Below, one piece after another: positions 18,955-28,590 of a stretch of DNA of 64,000 nt. Origin of the DNA: Candidatus Eiseniibacteriota bacterium (GTDB taxonomy: Bacteria > Eisenbacteria > RBG-16-71-46). The stretch is from the NCBI GenBank assembly GCA_963776245.1, contig CAVZLN010000003.1, positions 1,024,001 to 1,088,000 on the forward strand, read 5' to 3'. The first letter of the stretch is position 1; every line of letters starts with the position of its first letter. The notes beneath the pieces were generated by a model. It did no database searches and was not told where the DNA came from. It was given only the letters and a program-made list of their open reading frames with translations. The position numbers were made by a program, and so were the translations under genes.

Positions 18955-20123
18955 GCCGCGCGTACGACGTCATCGTGGTGGGGCTCGGCGCCGCGGGCGG
19001 CGGCATCGCGGCGGAGCTGGCCGCGCGCGGGCTGCGCGTGCTCGGGCTCGACCGCTACCGCCCGCCGCACACGCACGGCTCGTCGCACGGCGAGACCCGC
19101 GTCATCCGCGAGGCCTACTTCGAGCATCCGAGCTACGTGCCGCTGCTCCAGCGCGCGTACGAGCGCTGGTCGGAACTCGAGCACCTCACGCGGCGCACGC
19201 TGTTCATGCGCACGGGCGGCCTGATGATCGGACCGCCCGACGGCACGCTGGTCGCGGGGGCGCTGCGCAGCGCCGCCACTCACGGCCTGCCCTGCGAGCT
19301 GCTCGACGCCGCGGCCCTGCACGCGCGCCACCCGGCGCTCACCCCCGACGAGGGCATGATGGCGCTCGCCGAGCCGCGGGCCGGGCTGCTGTTCGCCGAG
19401 TCGTGCGTCGGCGCCTATCTCGAGCTGGCGGCGGAGCGCGGGGCCGACCTGCATCAGGACGAGCTGGTGACGCGCTGGAGCGCCGGGTCCGGCACGGTCA
19501 CGGTCGAGACCGTGTTCGCGCGCTACTCCGCCGCGCGCCTGGTGCTGGCGGCGGGGCCGTGGATCGGGCGGCTGGCGCCCGAGCTGGCGCTCCCGCTCAC
19601 GGTCGAACGCAACGTGCAGTTCTGGTTCGAGCCCGCGGACGTGGCGCTGTTCGACCCGGCGGTGTTCCCGGTGTTCATCCTCGAATACGCGCGCGACCGG
19701 TTCTGCTACGGTTTCCCGGCGATCGCGGGCGCGGTGAAGGTGGCCCGTCACGGCTCGGGCGAGGTCGCCGATCCCGACCATCCGCGGCGCACGGTGGACG
19801 CGGACGAGATCGAGTCGCTGCGCGTGCTGCTGCGCCGCTTCGTGCCGGGCGCCGACGGACGCCTGCGCCGCACCGAGTCGTGCCTGTATACCAACGCGCC
19901 CGACGGCCATTTCGTGCTCGGCCGCCATCCGGAGCACGAGGAAGTGACCATCGCGAGCGCGTGCTCGGGGCACGGCTTCAAGTTCTCGAGCGTGCTGGGC
20001 GAGATCGTCGCCGACCTCGCGCTCACCGGACGCTCACGGTTCGACATCAGTCGTTTCGCGCTTGCGCGGTTCGGCCGCGCGAGCGACCCTCCGGGCGCTC
20101 TCCAGGAAGGAAGCCCATCATGA
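18951..20123 (+). CDS. solA: N-methyl-L-tryptophan / monomeric sarcosine oxidase
   Basis: DVIVVGLGAAG, HGSSHGETRVIREAYFEHP.YVPL, CLYTNAPDGHF, CSGHGFKF. Confidence 0.9.
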   Translation: MSRAYDVIVVGLGAAGGGIAAELAARGLRVLGLDRYRPPHTHGSSHGETRVIREAYFEHPSYVPLLQRAYERWSELEHLTRRTLFMRTGGLMIGPPDGTLVAGALRSAATHGLPCELLDAAALHARHPALTPDEGMMALAEPRAGLLFAESCVGAYLELAAERGADLHQDELVTRWSAGSGTVTVETVFARYSAARLVLAAGPWIGRLAPELALPLTVERNVQFWFEPADVALFDPAVFPVFILEYARDRFCYGFPAIAGAVKVARHGSGEVADPDHPRRTVDADEIESLRVLLRRFVPGADGRLRRTESCLYTNAPDGHFVLGRHPEHEEVTIASACSGHGFKFSSVLGEIVADLALTGRSRFDISRFALARFGRASDPPGALQEGSPS

Positions 20124-21475
20124 TCCGCCGCCGATCGCAGGGCGTTCTGGCCCTCATGCTCCTCGCCCTGCTCGCGCTCTCGTGCGCGACCTCCCAGCAG
20201 CTCACCCGGCGCAGCGAGAAGCTGCTGATGCAGGGCGACGCGCGGCGCGCGTACGACGCCGCGGTGGACGCGCTCGAGAAGGACGGGCACAACGAGCCGG
20301 CGCGCGCCGCGCTGGGCCGGGCGGGGGCCGCCCTGTACGCCGACTCGCGGGCGCGCTTCGACGCCCTGATCCCGGACGACACCCTGGGCGCGGCCCGCTT
20401 GGCACTCGACGTCGAGCGCCTGCTCGCGGACCTGGCGCGGTGGCGCGCCAGCCTGCCCGAGGACCCCGAGTTCGCGGCCGAGCGGCAGCGGGCGAAGGAC
20501 GCGGCGGCGGACGGGCTCATCCAGGCCGCGGACGACAGCCTGCACGCGCGGCGGCCGCGCGCGGCGTACCGCCTGCTCGAGCAGGCGGTGCCGTTCGCGC
20601 CCAAGCGCCGCGATCTCGACACCCGGCTGACGCGCGCGTTCGACCTGGCGGTGGACCGCGTGGCCGTGCTGCCGCTCGACGATCAGACCGGCCAGCCCGC
20701 GCTCTCGCGCGAGGTCGCCGACCGCCTGGCGGGCGCGCTGCGGGCGCGCATCGCCGCGCGCAAGCTGGAGTTCACCCGGCTGGTGGAGCCGGCGAAGGTG
20801 TACGGACGGATGACGGTGGCCCAGCTCGACGAGCTGTCGCGCGACGGGGCCATCGCGCTCGGGCGCGAGGTTGGCGCGACCGTCGTGGTGTATGGCCGCA
20901 TCCGCGACGCGGGGTCGGACACCTACACCACGCACTACCGCGAGCCGATCTGGCACCGCGTGGTCACGCGCGGAGCCGCGGGGGAGCAGGTCGAGCGCTG
21001 GGAGCAGGTGCCGTTCGAGACCGTGGTGCGGGAGCGCGTCTTCCATCTGCGCTGGGACCTGCGCCTGCTCTCCACCGACGACGAGAACGTCCTCGACGAG
21101 CGCAGCGAACCGCGCGAGGTGCGGGCGCGCACCGTGTGGACCAGCTTCCGCCCCGAGGACGACCCGGCGAACTACGCGCTGGTCGCTCCCGAGGAGCGCC
21201 GCAGCGGGTCCGAGCGTGTCGCGCGGGTCGAGAAAGAATGGTCCGCGGCCGCCGGCAAGTGGACCGTGCCCAAGCTGCTGGAGCGCGCGAAGGCGTCCAA
21301 CGTCTCGGCGCGCTCGACCTACCGCCACGAGTACCGCGGCGAGTTCGAGCACCGCGACCCCGGGATGCCGGTGTTCCTCGGCGACCTGCCGGGCAACGAC
21401 GACCTCGCCTGGCTGGCGCTGCGCGACATCGACGGCGCCTTCCTGGAGATGATCGAGGCGCTGGACCGCCGGTGA
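20120..21475 (+). CDS. Hypothetical lipoprotein (TPR-like N-terminus, CsgG/LpoB-like alpha/beta domain)
   Basis: Lipobox LALSC, RVAVLPL and ALGREVGATVVVYG. ATGA-coupled to solA. Confidence 0.6.
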   Translation: MIRRRSQGVLALMLLALLALSCATSQQLTRRSEKLLMQGDARRAYDAAVDALEKDGHNEPARAALGRAGAALYADSRARFDALIPDDTLGAARLALDVERLLADLARWRASLPEDPEFAAERQRAKDAAADGLIQAADDSLHARRPRAAYRLLEQAVPFAPKRRDLDTRLTRAFDLAVDRVAVLPLDDQTGQPALSREVADRLAGALRARIAARKLEFTRLVEPAKVYGRMTVAQLDELSRDGAIALGREVGATVVVYGRIRDAGSDTYTTHYREPIWHRVVTRGAAGEQVERWEQVPFETVVRERVFHLRWDLRLLSTDDENVLDERSEPREVRARTVWTSFRPEDDPANYALVAPEERRSGSERVARVEKEWSAAAGKWTVPKLLERAKASNVSARSTYRHEYRGEFEHRDPGMPVFLGDLPGNDDLAWLALRDIDGAFLEMIEALDRR

Positions 21476-22875
21476 GCCACTCCGCGCGCCCGCTGCCCGC
21501 GGAGACCGACCCGCCGATCCCGCGGGCGCTGGTGCGGCTGGCGCTGCCGGTGCTGGCCTCGCAGGTGCTGCGCATCGCGTTCCAGTGGGTGGACGCGCTG
21601 TGGGTGCGCGGGCTCGGCGTCGAGGCCACCGCCGCGGTGACCTCGTCGGTGTTCGTGATGTGGTGGGTGTACGCGCTCAACGACGTGTTCGCCATCGGCG
21701 TCACCGCCTACGTGAGCCAGTTGCTCGGCGCCGGAGAACGCGCGCGCGCCGGCCACGCGGCATGGAAGGGCGTGCGCGCCTCCGCCCTGATGGGCCTCAT
21801 CGCCACGGTCGCCGGGCTGCTGTGGGCGCGCGACCTCTACCGCCTGATGGGTGGCGACGCGCGCGTGGTCGAGCAGGGCGGGCGCTACCTCTCGGTGGTG
21901 CTGGCGTTCGCGCCGGTGCCGATGGTGGCACTCACCTGCGAGAGCATCATGCGGGCCGCGGGCGACACACGCACGCCGCTGCTGCTCGACCTCGGCGCGG
22001 TGGCGCTCAACGCGGTGCTCGCGCCGCTCCTCATCTACGGTCCGGGCCGCCTGCCCGCGCTCGGCGTGGCCGGCGCGGCGTGGGCCACCGTGGCCTCGCA
22101 GGCGCTGCTCGCCGCCAGCTACCTGCTGCTCGCGCGGCGCGGCCACCCGGCGATGCCGCTGGCGCGCCGCGCCGCGGGGCCGTCGGTGCGGGTCGCGGCC
22201 ATGGCGCGCGTCGGACTGCCGACCGCGCTCTCGGGGACGCTGTGGTCGCTGGTGTACCTGGCGTTCGCGCGTGCCGCGGCCCCGCAGGGCGCCGCCGCGC
22301 TCGCGGTGATCGGGGTCTCGAACCGCATCGAGGCGCTGGTGTTCGTGTGCGCGATCGCCACCGGGCTCGCGGGCGCGGCGCTGGTGGGGCAGAGCCTCGG
22401 CGCCGGACGGCCGGAGCGCGCGGTCGCGGTGGTGCGCACCGCGGTGGTGTGGATGGGGTGGCTCTCGCTGGCGATCTCGGCCGCGGTGTTCGCGCTGCCC
22501 GCCGGCTTCCTCGGGCTGTTCTCGCGCGATCCGGAGGTCTTAAGGATCGGCACGCCCTACCTGCGCGTGCTCGCGCTCTGTTTCGTGCCCTCCGGGGTCG
22601 AGCTGGTGGTGGCCCAGAGCATCCAGGGCTCGGGGCACACCGTCGCGGTGTCGGCGATCTACACCGTGACCTCGCTGGTTCGCATCCCGCTCGCGTTCCT
22701 GGCCGCGCGCACGTGGGGGATGGGGGTCACCGGCATCGCGTGGGTGATCACCGTGACCTGCGTGATCCGCACCGCGGTGCTGCTGGCCTGGGTGGCGCGT
22801 GGCACCTGGACCCGTGGGCTGGCGCGCGAGCTGCGCGGCGCCTCCGCGCTCTCCGAGCGGCCCGAGTCGTCGTGA
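21472..22875 (+). CDS. MATE family efflux transporter
   Basis: LVRLALP, VDALWV..LG..A.AAV, RAAGDTRTP, LGVAGAAWAT and GQSLGAG motifs, about 12 TM segments. Confidence 0.92.
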   Translation: MSHSARPLPAETDPPIPRALVRLALPVLASQVLRIAFQWVDALWVRGLGVEATAAVTSSVFVMWWVYALNDVFAIGVTAYVSQLLGAGERARAGHAAWKGVRASALMGLIATVAGLLWARDLYRLMGGDARVVEQGGRYLSVVLAFAPVPMVALTCESIMRAAGDTRTPLLLDLGAVALNAVLAPLLIYGPGRLPALGVAGAAWATVASQALLAASYLLLARRGHPAMPLARRAAGPSVRVAAMARVGLPTALSGTLWSLVYLAFARAAAPQGAAALAVIGVSNRIEALVFVCAIATGLAGAALVGQSLGAGRPERAVAVVRTAVVWMGWLSLAISAAVFALPAGFLGLFSRDPEVLRIGTPYLRVLALCFVPSGVELVVAQSIQGSGHTVAVSAIYTVTSLVRIPLAFLAARTWGMGVTGIAWVITVTCVIRTAVLLAWVARGTWTRGLARELRGASALSERPESS

Positions 22876-22948
22876 TAGACTGCGCCCCGTCGTCCGCGCG
22901 CGGCGCCCGACGCGTCCCGCGCTCCCCCGCACCGGAGCAGGCCCGCGC

Positions 22949-24163
22949 ATGAAGAGCGACTACCAGTACATCGTCGTCGGGGGCGGCATCGCCGGCGCCT
23001 CGGCGGTCGAAGGCATCCGCGCGCACGACCGCGAGGGCTCGATCCTGCTGGTCTCGCGCGAGAACAGCGCGCCCTATCGCCGCCCGCCGCTGACCAAGGA
23101 CCTGTGGTCGGGCAAGACCCGGGTGGACGCGATCTCGGTGCACGAGGACTCGTTCTACCCCGCGAACGGCGTGGACCTGCTGCTGCGGCGCGACATCGTC
23201 GAGCTCGACCCGGTGCAGAACCGCATCTGGGACGACCGCGACACGTCGTTCCGCTACGAGCGGCTGCTGCTCGCGACCGGTGGGCGGCCGCGGCTGCTGG
23301 ACCTGCGCGGCGAGCAGGGCGAGTGCGTGCAGTACTTCCGGTCGCTCGAGGACTACCTGGTGCTCGCGGGACGCCTCGACCAGTTCCAGCACGCGCTGAT
23401 CGTGGGCGGCGGGTTCATCGGCATGGAGCTGGCCGCCGCGCTCGCCACCGCGGGCAAGGAGGTCACGCTGCTCGACAAGGGCGAGTACCCGCTCGCGCGC
23501 GTGCTCCCGCGCGAACTGGGACTGATGATCGCCGACTACTACCGCGAGCGGGGCGTCGAGACCGTGTCGAACCAGAGCGTGGCGGCGGTGGAGCGCGGGC
23601 AGGGGCTGATGCACGTGCGCACCACCACCGGCGACGAGGTGACCACCCAGATGGTGCTGGCGGGCGTGGGCATCGAGCCCCAGGACGAACTGGCCGAGGC
23701 CGGCGGGCTCGAGATCACCGATGGGATCGCGGTGGACGAGTTCGCCCGCACCACCGATCCCTACGTGTACGCCGCCGGGGACGTGGCGGAGTTCCCCTAC
23801 CTGGCGCTCGGCATGCGCGTGCGCATCGGCCACGAGGACCACTCCATCCACCACGGCCGCGCCGCCGGCGCGAACATGGCCGGCGCCCGGCGGCCCTACG
23901 ACCACCTGCCGATGTTCTACGGCGACCTGTTCGACCTCGGCTTCGAGGCGGTGGGCGAGGTGGACGCGCACCTCGACACCGACGCGGTGTGGAAGGACGA
24001 ACACCGCGACGGCGTGGTGTTCTATCTGCGGGACGACGTGGTGCGCGGCGCGCTGCTGTGGGGCCGCTTCGGGCACGTGGACTGGGCGCGCGAGATCATC
24101 CGTGCCGCGAAGCCGACGACGCACGACGAGCGCGTGCGGATGGCGGAGCAGGCCGGGGCGTGA
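22949..24163 (+). CDS. FAD/NAD(P)-dependent oxidoreductase (ferredoxin reductase-like)
   Basis: IVVGGGIAG, PYRRPPLTK, LLLATGG, IVGGGFIGME, YAAGDVA, PMFYGDLFD. Confidence 0.9.
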   Translation: MKSDYQYIVVGGGIAGASAVEGIRAHDREGSILLVSRENSAPYRRPPLTKDLWSGKTRVDAISVHEDSFYPANGVDLLLRRDIVELDPVQNRIWDDRDTSFRYERLLLATGGRPRLLDLRGEQGECVQYFRSLEDYLVLAGRLDQFQHALIVGGGFIGMELAAALATAGKEVTLLDKGEYPLARVLPRELGLMIADYYRERGVETVSNQSVAAVERGQGLMHVRTTTGDEVTTQMVLAGVGIEPQDELAEAGGLEITDGIAVDEFARTTDPYVYAAGDVAEFPYLALGMRVRIGHEDHSIHHGRAAGANMAGARRPYDHLPMFYGDLFDLGFEAVGEVDAHLDTDAVWKDEHRDGVVFYLRDDVVRGALLWGRFGHVDWAREIIRAAKPTTHDERVRMAEQAGA

Positions 24164-24185
24164 CGCCGCGCGTGGGAGGACCTCG

Positions 24186-25907
24186 TTGATCCGCCTCCGG
24201 CCCGCCACGCTCGCGCTGTGGCTCATCGTCCTGCTGGCGCTGGGCCTGCGCCTCTGGGGCATCGCGTTCGGGCTGCCGCACAACCTCTGCCGGCCCGACG
24301 AGGAGCAGATCGTCTCGATCGCGATCAAGTTCTTCCGCGGAGACCTCAACCCGCACATCTTCTACTACCCGACGCTCTACATGTACGTGCTGGCGGTGCT
24401 CTACGGGATCCACATGGGGTTCCAGATGCTGTTCTTCGGCGCCACGCGGGACGATCTCCTGCTGCGGCTGGCGACCGATCCGACCCACTACCACGTGATC
24501 ATCCGCTGTCTGAGCGCGGTGTGCGGGGCGCTGACCGTCCCGGCGATCTACCTCATCGCCGAGCGTCTGCGCGGGCGCGCCACCGCGCTGGCCGCCGCCG
24601 GGCTGATGGCGGTGTCCTACCTGCACGTCCGGGACTCGCACTTCGGAGCCACCGACATCGCGATGGTGTGCCTGCTCTGCTGGGCCCTGCTGTACGCGCT
24701 GAAGGGTCGCGAGGAGGGCGGGGCGCGCCACCTGACCACCTCGGCCGTGCTGTGCGGGCTCGCGGCCTCCACCAAGTACAACGCGTTCCTGCTGCTGCTG
24801 CCGGTGACGGTGGACTGCGTGGTGCGGGCGTGGCGCGCGCCGGGCGGCCGGAGCGACTGGCTGCGCAGCACGCTGCTCAACCGCGCGGCGTGGACCTACG
24901 GCGCGATCGTGGTGGTGGTGTTCATCCTCGGCACGCCCTTCTCGGTGCTCGACCGGAGCAGCTTCCTGCGCGACGTGATCTGGCAGCGGGAGCATCTGGC
25001 GCACGGGCACGGGGCGGACCTCGGGCTGGGGTTCCTCCACCACATCCGGTACACGCTGCCCTACGGCGTCGGCTGGCCGGTGCTCATCCTGGCGGCGATC
25101 GGGGTGGTCGCGGAGATCCGGCGCGACCTGCGCCGCGCCGCCCTGGTGTTCATCTTCCCGCTGCTCTACTACTTCATCCTCGGAAGCGGGAAGACGGTCT
25201 TCCTGCGCTACATGGACCCGATGCCGCCGTTCCTCGTGCTGGGTGCGGCGCTGGGGATCGCCGCCCTCGCGGGGCTGCGGCCCGCCCGCATCCCGCCCGC
25301 GCTCGCCACCGCGGCGCTCGCGCTGCTCGTCGGACTGCCGTCGCTCGACTCGGACGTCCGGATGGACCGCCTGCTGGCGCGCACCGACAACCGCCTGGTG
25401 GCGGCGCGCTGGGTCGAGGAGAACATCCCGGCGGGCAGCACCATCTACCAGACCGGATCGCAGTACGGACGGCTCCAGCTTCCGCTCTCGGCCGGATCGC
25501 TCGAGCGGAGACTGAAGGTCCAGAAGGAGAAGGGCGGGATGGGCACCCTGCTGGAGATCCAGCTCGACCTCGCGCGACGGCCCGGCGCGAAGCGCGGCTA
25601 CGAAGAGTGGGTGTTCGAGGGGGCACGCTCGCTCGCCCGCCGGGACTCTCTGCCGGAGGTGGTCATCGTGCAGCGGAGCCCCATCGTCCGGGAGGGGTAC
25701 GTGCGACCGGAGATCTCCCGGCTGCTGGCGGAGGAGTACTCGCTGATGCACTCCCTGAGCACCGAGCGAGCCGGCCGGCCGGCGGGCTGGTACGACCAGC
25801 AGGACGCCTTCTTCGTGCCCTTCGTGGGGCTGGACTCCGTGGAGCGGCCGGGGCCCTCGGTCGACATCTATCGGAGGCGTTCCGGCCCGGTCATCAGGGC
25901 TTCGTGA
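24186..25907 (+). CDS. Glycosyltransferase family 39 (PMT/ArnT-like) membrane protein
   Basis: TTG start after GGAGG. LRLWGIAFGLP...RPDE, GDLNPHIFYYPTL, GLAASTKYN, RYMDP. Confidence 0.8.
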   Translation: MIRLRPATLALWLIVLLALGLRLWGIAFGLPHNLCRPDEEQIVSIAIKFFRGDLNPHIFYYPTLYMYVLAVLYGIHMGFQMLFFGATRDDLLLRLATDPTHYHVIIRCLSAVCGALTVPAIYLIAERLRGRATALAAAGLMAVSYLHVRDSHFGATDIAMVCLLCWALLYALKGREEGGARHLTTSAVLCGLAASTKYNAFLLLLPVTVDCVVRAWRAPGGRSDWLRSTLLNRAAWTYGAIVVVVFILGTPFSVLDRSSFLRDVIWQREHLAHGHGADLGLGFLHHIRYTLPYGVGWPVLILAAIGVVAEIRRDLRRAALVFIFPLLYYFILGSGKTVFLRYMDPMPPFLVLGAALGIAALAGLRPARIPPALATAALALLVGLPSLDSDVRMDRLLARTDNRLVAARWVEENIPAGSTIYQTGSQYGRLQLPLSAGSLERRLKVQKEKGGMGTLLEIQLDLARRPGAKRGYEEWVFEGARSLARRDSLPEVVIVQRSPIVREGYVRPEISRLLAEEYSLMHSLSTERAGRPAGWYDQQDAFFVPFVGLDSVERPGPSVDIYRRRSGPVIRAS

Positions 25908-26092
25908 GGAATGACGCCCGTGGCGGATTCCCGGCGGCAGGCGGGCCCGAAGCGCGGTATGATGCCGGGGAGCCGAGCGACTCTCGAGCGCAGGTGTTGC
26001 CTTTCGCGATGCTCGCGAAGCGAAAGCGCACGAACCCGCGCCGCCGCTCATCGGGACCGATGACCCGGACGGGCCGTGGACGCCCCGCTGCG

Positions 26093-26108
26093 TGGCACAA
26101 GGGCTGCA
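26093..26108 (+). promoter_or_regulatory. Candidate sigma54 promoter
   Basis: TGGCAC-AAGGG-CTGCA versus consensus TGGCAC-N5-TTGCW. An upstream palindrome TTCGCGA-TGC-TCGCGAA at 26003-26019 may be an activator site. Confidence 0.65.
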
Positions 26109-26170
26109 ATGGATAGCAGGGTCCTTGTCACCCTTCCCCGGCTCCGGGCAGGCCAGGAGGCTTGATCCTC

Positions 26171-28063
26171 ATGAACATCGGCAACTTCTCGCTCCGGATC
26201 CCGATCTTCGCCGCGGGCGTGGCCGGAATCCTGGCGGCCGTCATGCCGGCCGAAGGCGCGGTCTACTACGTCCGGCCCACCGGGAGCGACGCCAACAACG
26301 GCACCTCCGCGATCACCGCCTGGGCCACCATCGGCAAGGCCAACTCCATCGTGGTCGCCGGGGACGTGGTGACCGTGTTTCCCGGCACCTACTCGCAGTC
26401 CCCCAATCCGACCAATTCGGGCACCAGCTATCGCAGCCGCATCACCTATGTCGGCGACCTGGCCAATCCCTCCTCGACGGTGGTGCCGGGCGGCGACATG
26501 AACAAGCGCTACGTCACGCTCAAGGGCTTCCGGTTCAGCAGCGGCATCGGGATGACCAACGCGGCGCGCTACGACTCGGTGGCCTACAGCATCATCAACG
26601 GCGATGTCGCGTGGAGCGGGAACAAGTTCTGCATGATCTACCGCTGCACGCTGAACGGCGGACGGTTCGTCTCGGGGGAGAAGATCGGCATCAGCACCGA
26701 GCGCGACACCCTCCTGGAATGCACGCTCAACCTCGGCGCCGGGGTGACGTCGCAGCCCCATCTGTTCGAGACCTACGACTTCACGCAGTACTGCGTGTTC
26801 GAGCGCAACCGCATCTTCCTCACCATCGGGGCCGGCGCCTCCGACGTGCACCCGCGGCTCCACTACCACACCAGCTACTGCACCTTCCGCGACAACTACT
26901 GGGAAGTGGTGAACAACAGCACGGTCACGGGCTGGGGCACGATGGTCCTGCGCGACAGCACGAGCTACAACACGTTCATCCGCGACACGCTCATCGCCAA
27001 GGGCCCGGCGGATTGCGTGATCATGCTGTCCGGCTCGGGCTCGTATCCGAACTCTTGCCAGAACAATGGCTGGTACTCGTGCGTGTTCAAGAACCTGGTG
27101 GGGACCGCCGCCTACTTCCAGAACGGCTGCAACGCGGCGACCTTCCAGAACTGCGTGTTCGCCTCCAACGGCCTGGCGCTGCAGACCGGCGCCATCACCG
27201 GGTCCACGCTGATCGATCACTGCACGTTCTTCGGCAGCTCGGGCTCGGGGGTGGCGAACTTCGATCCCGATCCCGACGCGGCCTGGGTGGGCACCAGCAC
27301 CATCACGAACAATATCTTCTATTCGAACTCGACTTCGAACGCCGCCGGGAGCGTCGGGGTGTTCCACCTGACGCTGGCCTTCCAGGGACATCTGGTCGAG
27401 AACAACAACCTGTTCTTCAACCGCGGGTTCGGCACCTCGGCGGGCGACCGCAGCATCGGTTGGTGGACCGGCGGGACGACCTTCGACAGCAAGCCCGGCA
27501 CCGGGCAGCTCTGGTACAACACCTACGGTCACGACGGCGCCTCGCGCTACGCCTCGCCGCTGTTCGTGGACTCCACGCTGGCCGGCTTCGACGCCCACCT
27601 GCGCGCGGGCTCGCCGGCCATCGGCATGGGCATCGGGGGGACCGACGTGGGGGCGTATGCCTTCAGCGGAGGGGGAGATGTGACCCCGCCCGCCGCGATC
27701 ACCACGCTGGCGCCCGGCGCGATCGCCGACCGGTCCGTGGTGCTCATGTGGATCGCCCCGGGCGACGACGGGAACGTGGGCATCGCCTCCGCCTACGACC
27801 TGCGCTACTCGACGGCGCCGATCGCGGCGGGCACCTTCGCCGCCGCGACGCCGGTCGCCATCCAGCCGGTGCCGCTCGGCGCGGGCAGCGCCCAGAGCTA
27901 CGTGCTCCTCGGGCTCACCCCCGACACCCCGTACTACTTCGCCATCAAGGCGCAGGACGAGGCCGGGAACTGGTCGGCGATCTCGAACCTCCCGACCGCG
28001 CGCACGCTGGCCTCGGACACCACGCCGCCGGCCGCCATCCAGGACCTCGGCACGGGCTTCTGA
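26171..28063 (+). CDS. Secreted right-handed beta-helix protein (DUF1565-type N-terminus) with C-terminal fibronectin type III domain
   Basis: Signal peptide, YYVRPTGSDANNGTS..AWATIGKA, Asn/Cys-rich repeats, HLRAGSPAIG..DVGAY, WIAPGDDG...YDLRYS...YYFAIKAQDEAGNWSAISN. Confidence 0.8.
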   Translation: MNIGNFSLRIPIFAAGVAGILAAVMPAEGAVYYVRPTGSDANNGTSAITAWATIGKANSIVVAGDVVTVFPGTYSQSPNPTNSGTSYRSRITYVGDLANPSSTVVPGGDMNKRYVTLKGFRFSSGIGMTNAARYDSVAYSIINGDVAWSGNKFCMIYRCTLNGGRFVSGEKIGISTERDTLLECTLNLGAGVTSQPHLFETYDFTQYCVFERNRIFLTIGAGASDVHPRLHYHTSYCTFRDNYWEVVNNSTVTGWGTMVLRDSTSYNTFIRDTLIAKGPADCVIMLSGSGSYPNSCQNNGWYSCVFKNLVGTAAYFQNGCNAATFQNCVFASNGLALQTGAITGSTLIDHCTFFGSSGSGVANFDPDPDAAWVGTSTITNNIFYSNSTSNAAGSVGVFHLTLAFQGHLVENNNLFFNRGFGTSAGDRSIGWWTGGTTFDSKPGTGQLWYNTYGHDGASRYASPLFVDSTLAGFDAHLRAGSPAIGMGIGGTDVGAYAFSGGGDVTPPAAITTLAPGAIADRSVVLMWIAPGDDGNVGIASAYDLRYSTAPIAAGTFAAATPVAIQPVPLGAGSAQSYVLLGLTPDTPYYFAIKAQDEAGNWSAISNLPTARTLASDTTPPAAIQDLGTGF

Positions 28064-28097
28064 GCCGCCCCGGCGCCCGCCGCGCCGGGCCCGCCTG

Positions 28098-28589
28098 TCA
28101 CGGATAGAACCGCAGCGCCTCCGCCAGCGCGGTCTCGGCGCGCGCCGAGTCCGCGGCCAGCCACACCACGCGCGCCCCGGAGCGGAAGTAGAAGTGCCGC
28201 TGCCCGAGCCCGCTCAGCGGGTGGACCTCCCGCCCGCGGTGCGACCGCGCCGGGAGCGGGGTGAAGGGCGAGCGCCCTTCGCCGATGCGCGCCGCCATGT
28301 CCCGCACCAGGACGCGCGCCGCGCGCGCGCTCCGCGCCTCGGCCACCCAGAGTGTGGCCGCATCCCGGCCGAAGACCGCGACCGTTCCCGACTCCATCGG
28401 GAACCCGCGGCCGTGGAGCCGCCGGACCTCGGCGATCCCTTCCGCTCCGCGCGCCACGCGCGTTGCCGCGAGACCGGCCAGCCGCCCGGGCAGGCGCGGC
28501 GCCGCCTGCGCGAGCCCGCCGGCCAGCGCCAGCGCCAACGCCACGCCGGCGAGGGCGCGGCGGGAACGGGCCGATGGAGTCGGCGCCAT
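28098..28589 (-). CDS. Hypothetical secreted protein
   Basis: Signal-like N-terminus and motif GLGQRHFYFRSG.RVVWLAAD. Abuts the oppC stop. Confidence 0.6.
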   Translation of the reverse strand: MAPTPSARSRRALAGVALALALAGGLAQAAPRLPGRLAGLAATRVARGAEGIAEVRRLHGRGFPMESGTVAVFGRDAATLWVAEARSARAARVLVRDMAARIGEGRSPFTPLPARSHRGREVHPLSGLGQRHFYFRSGARVVWLAADSARAETALAEALRFYP

Positions 28590-28590
28590 C

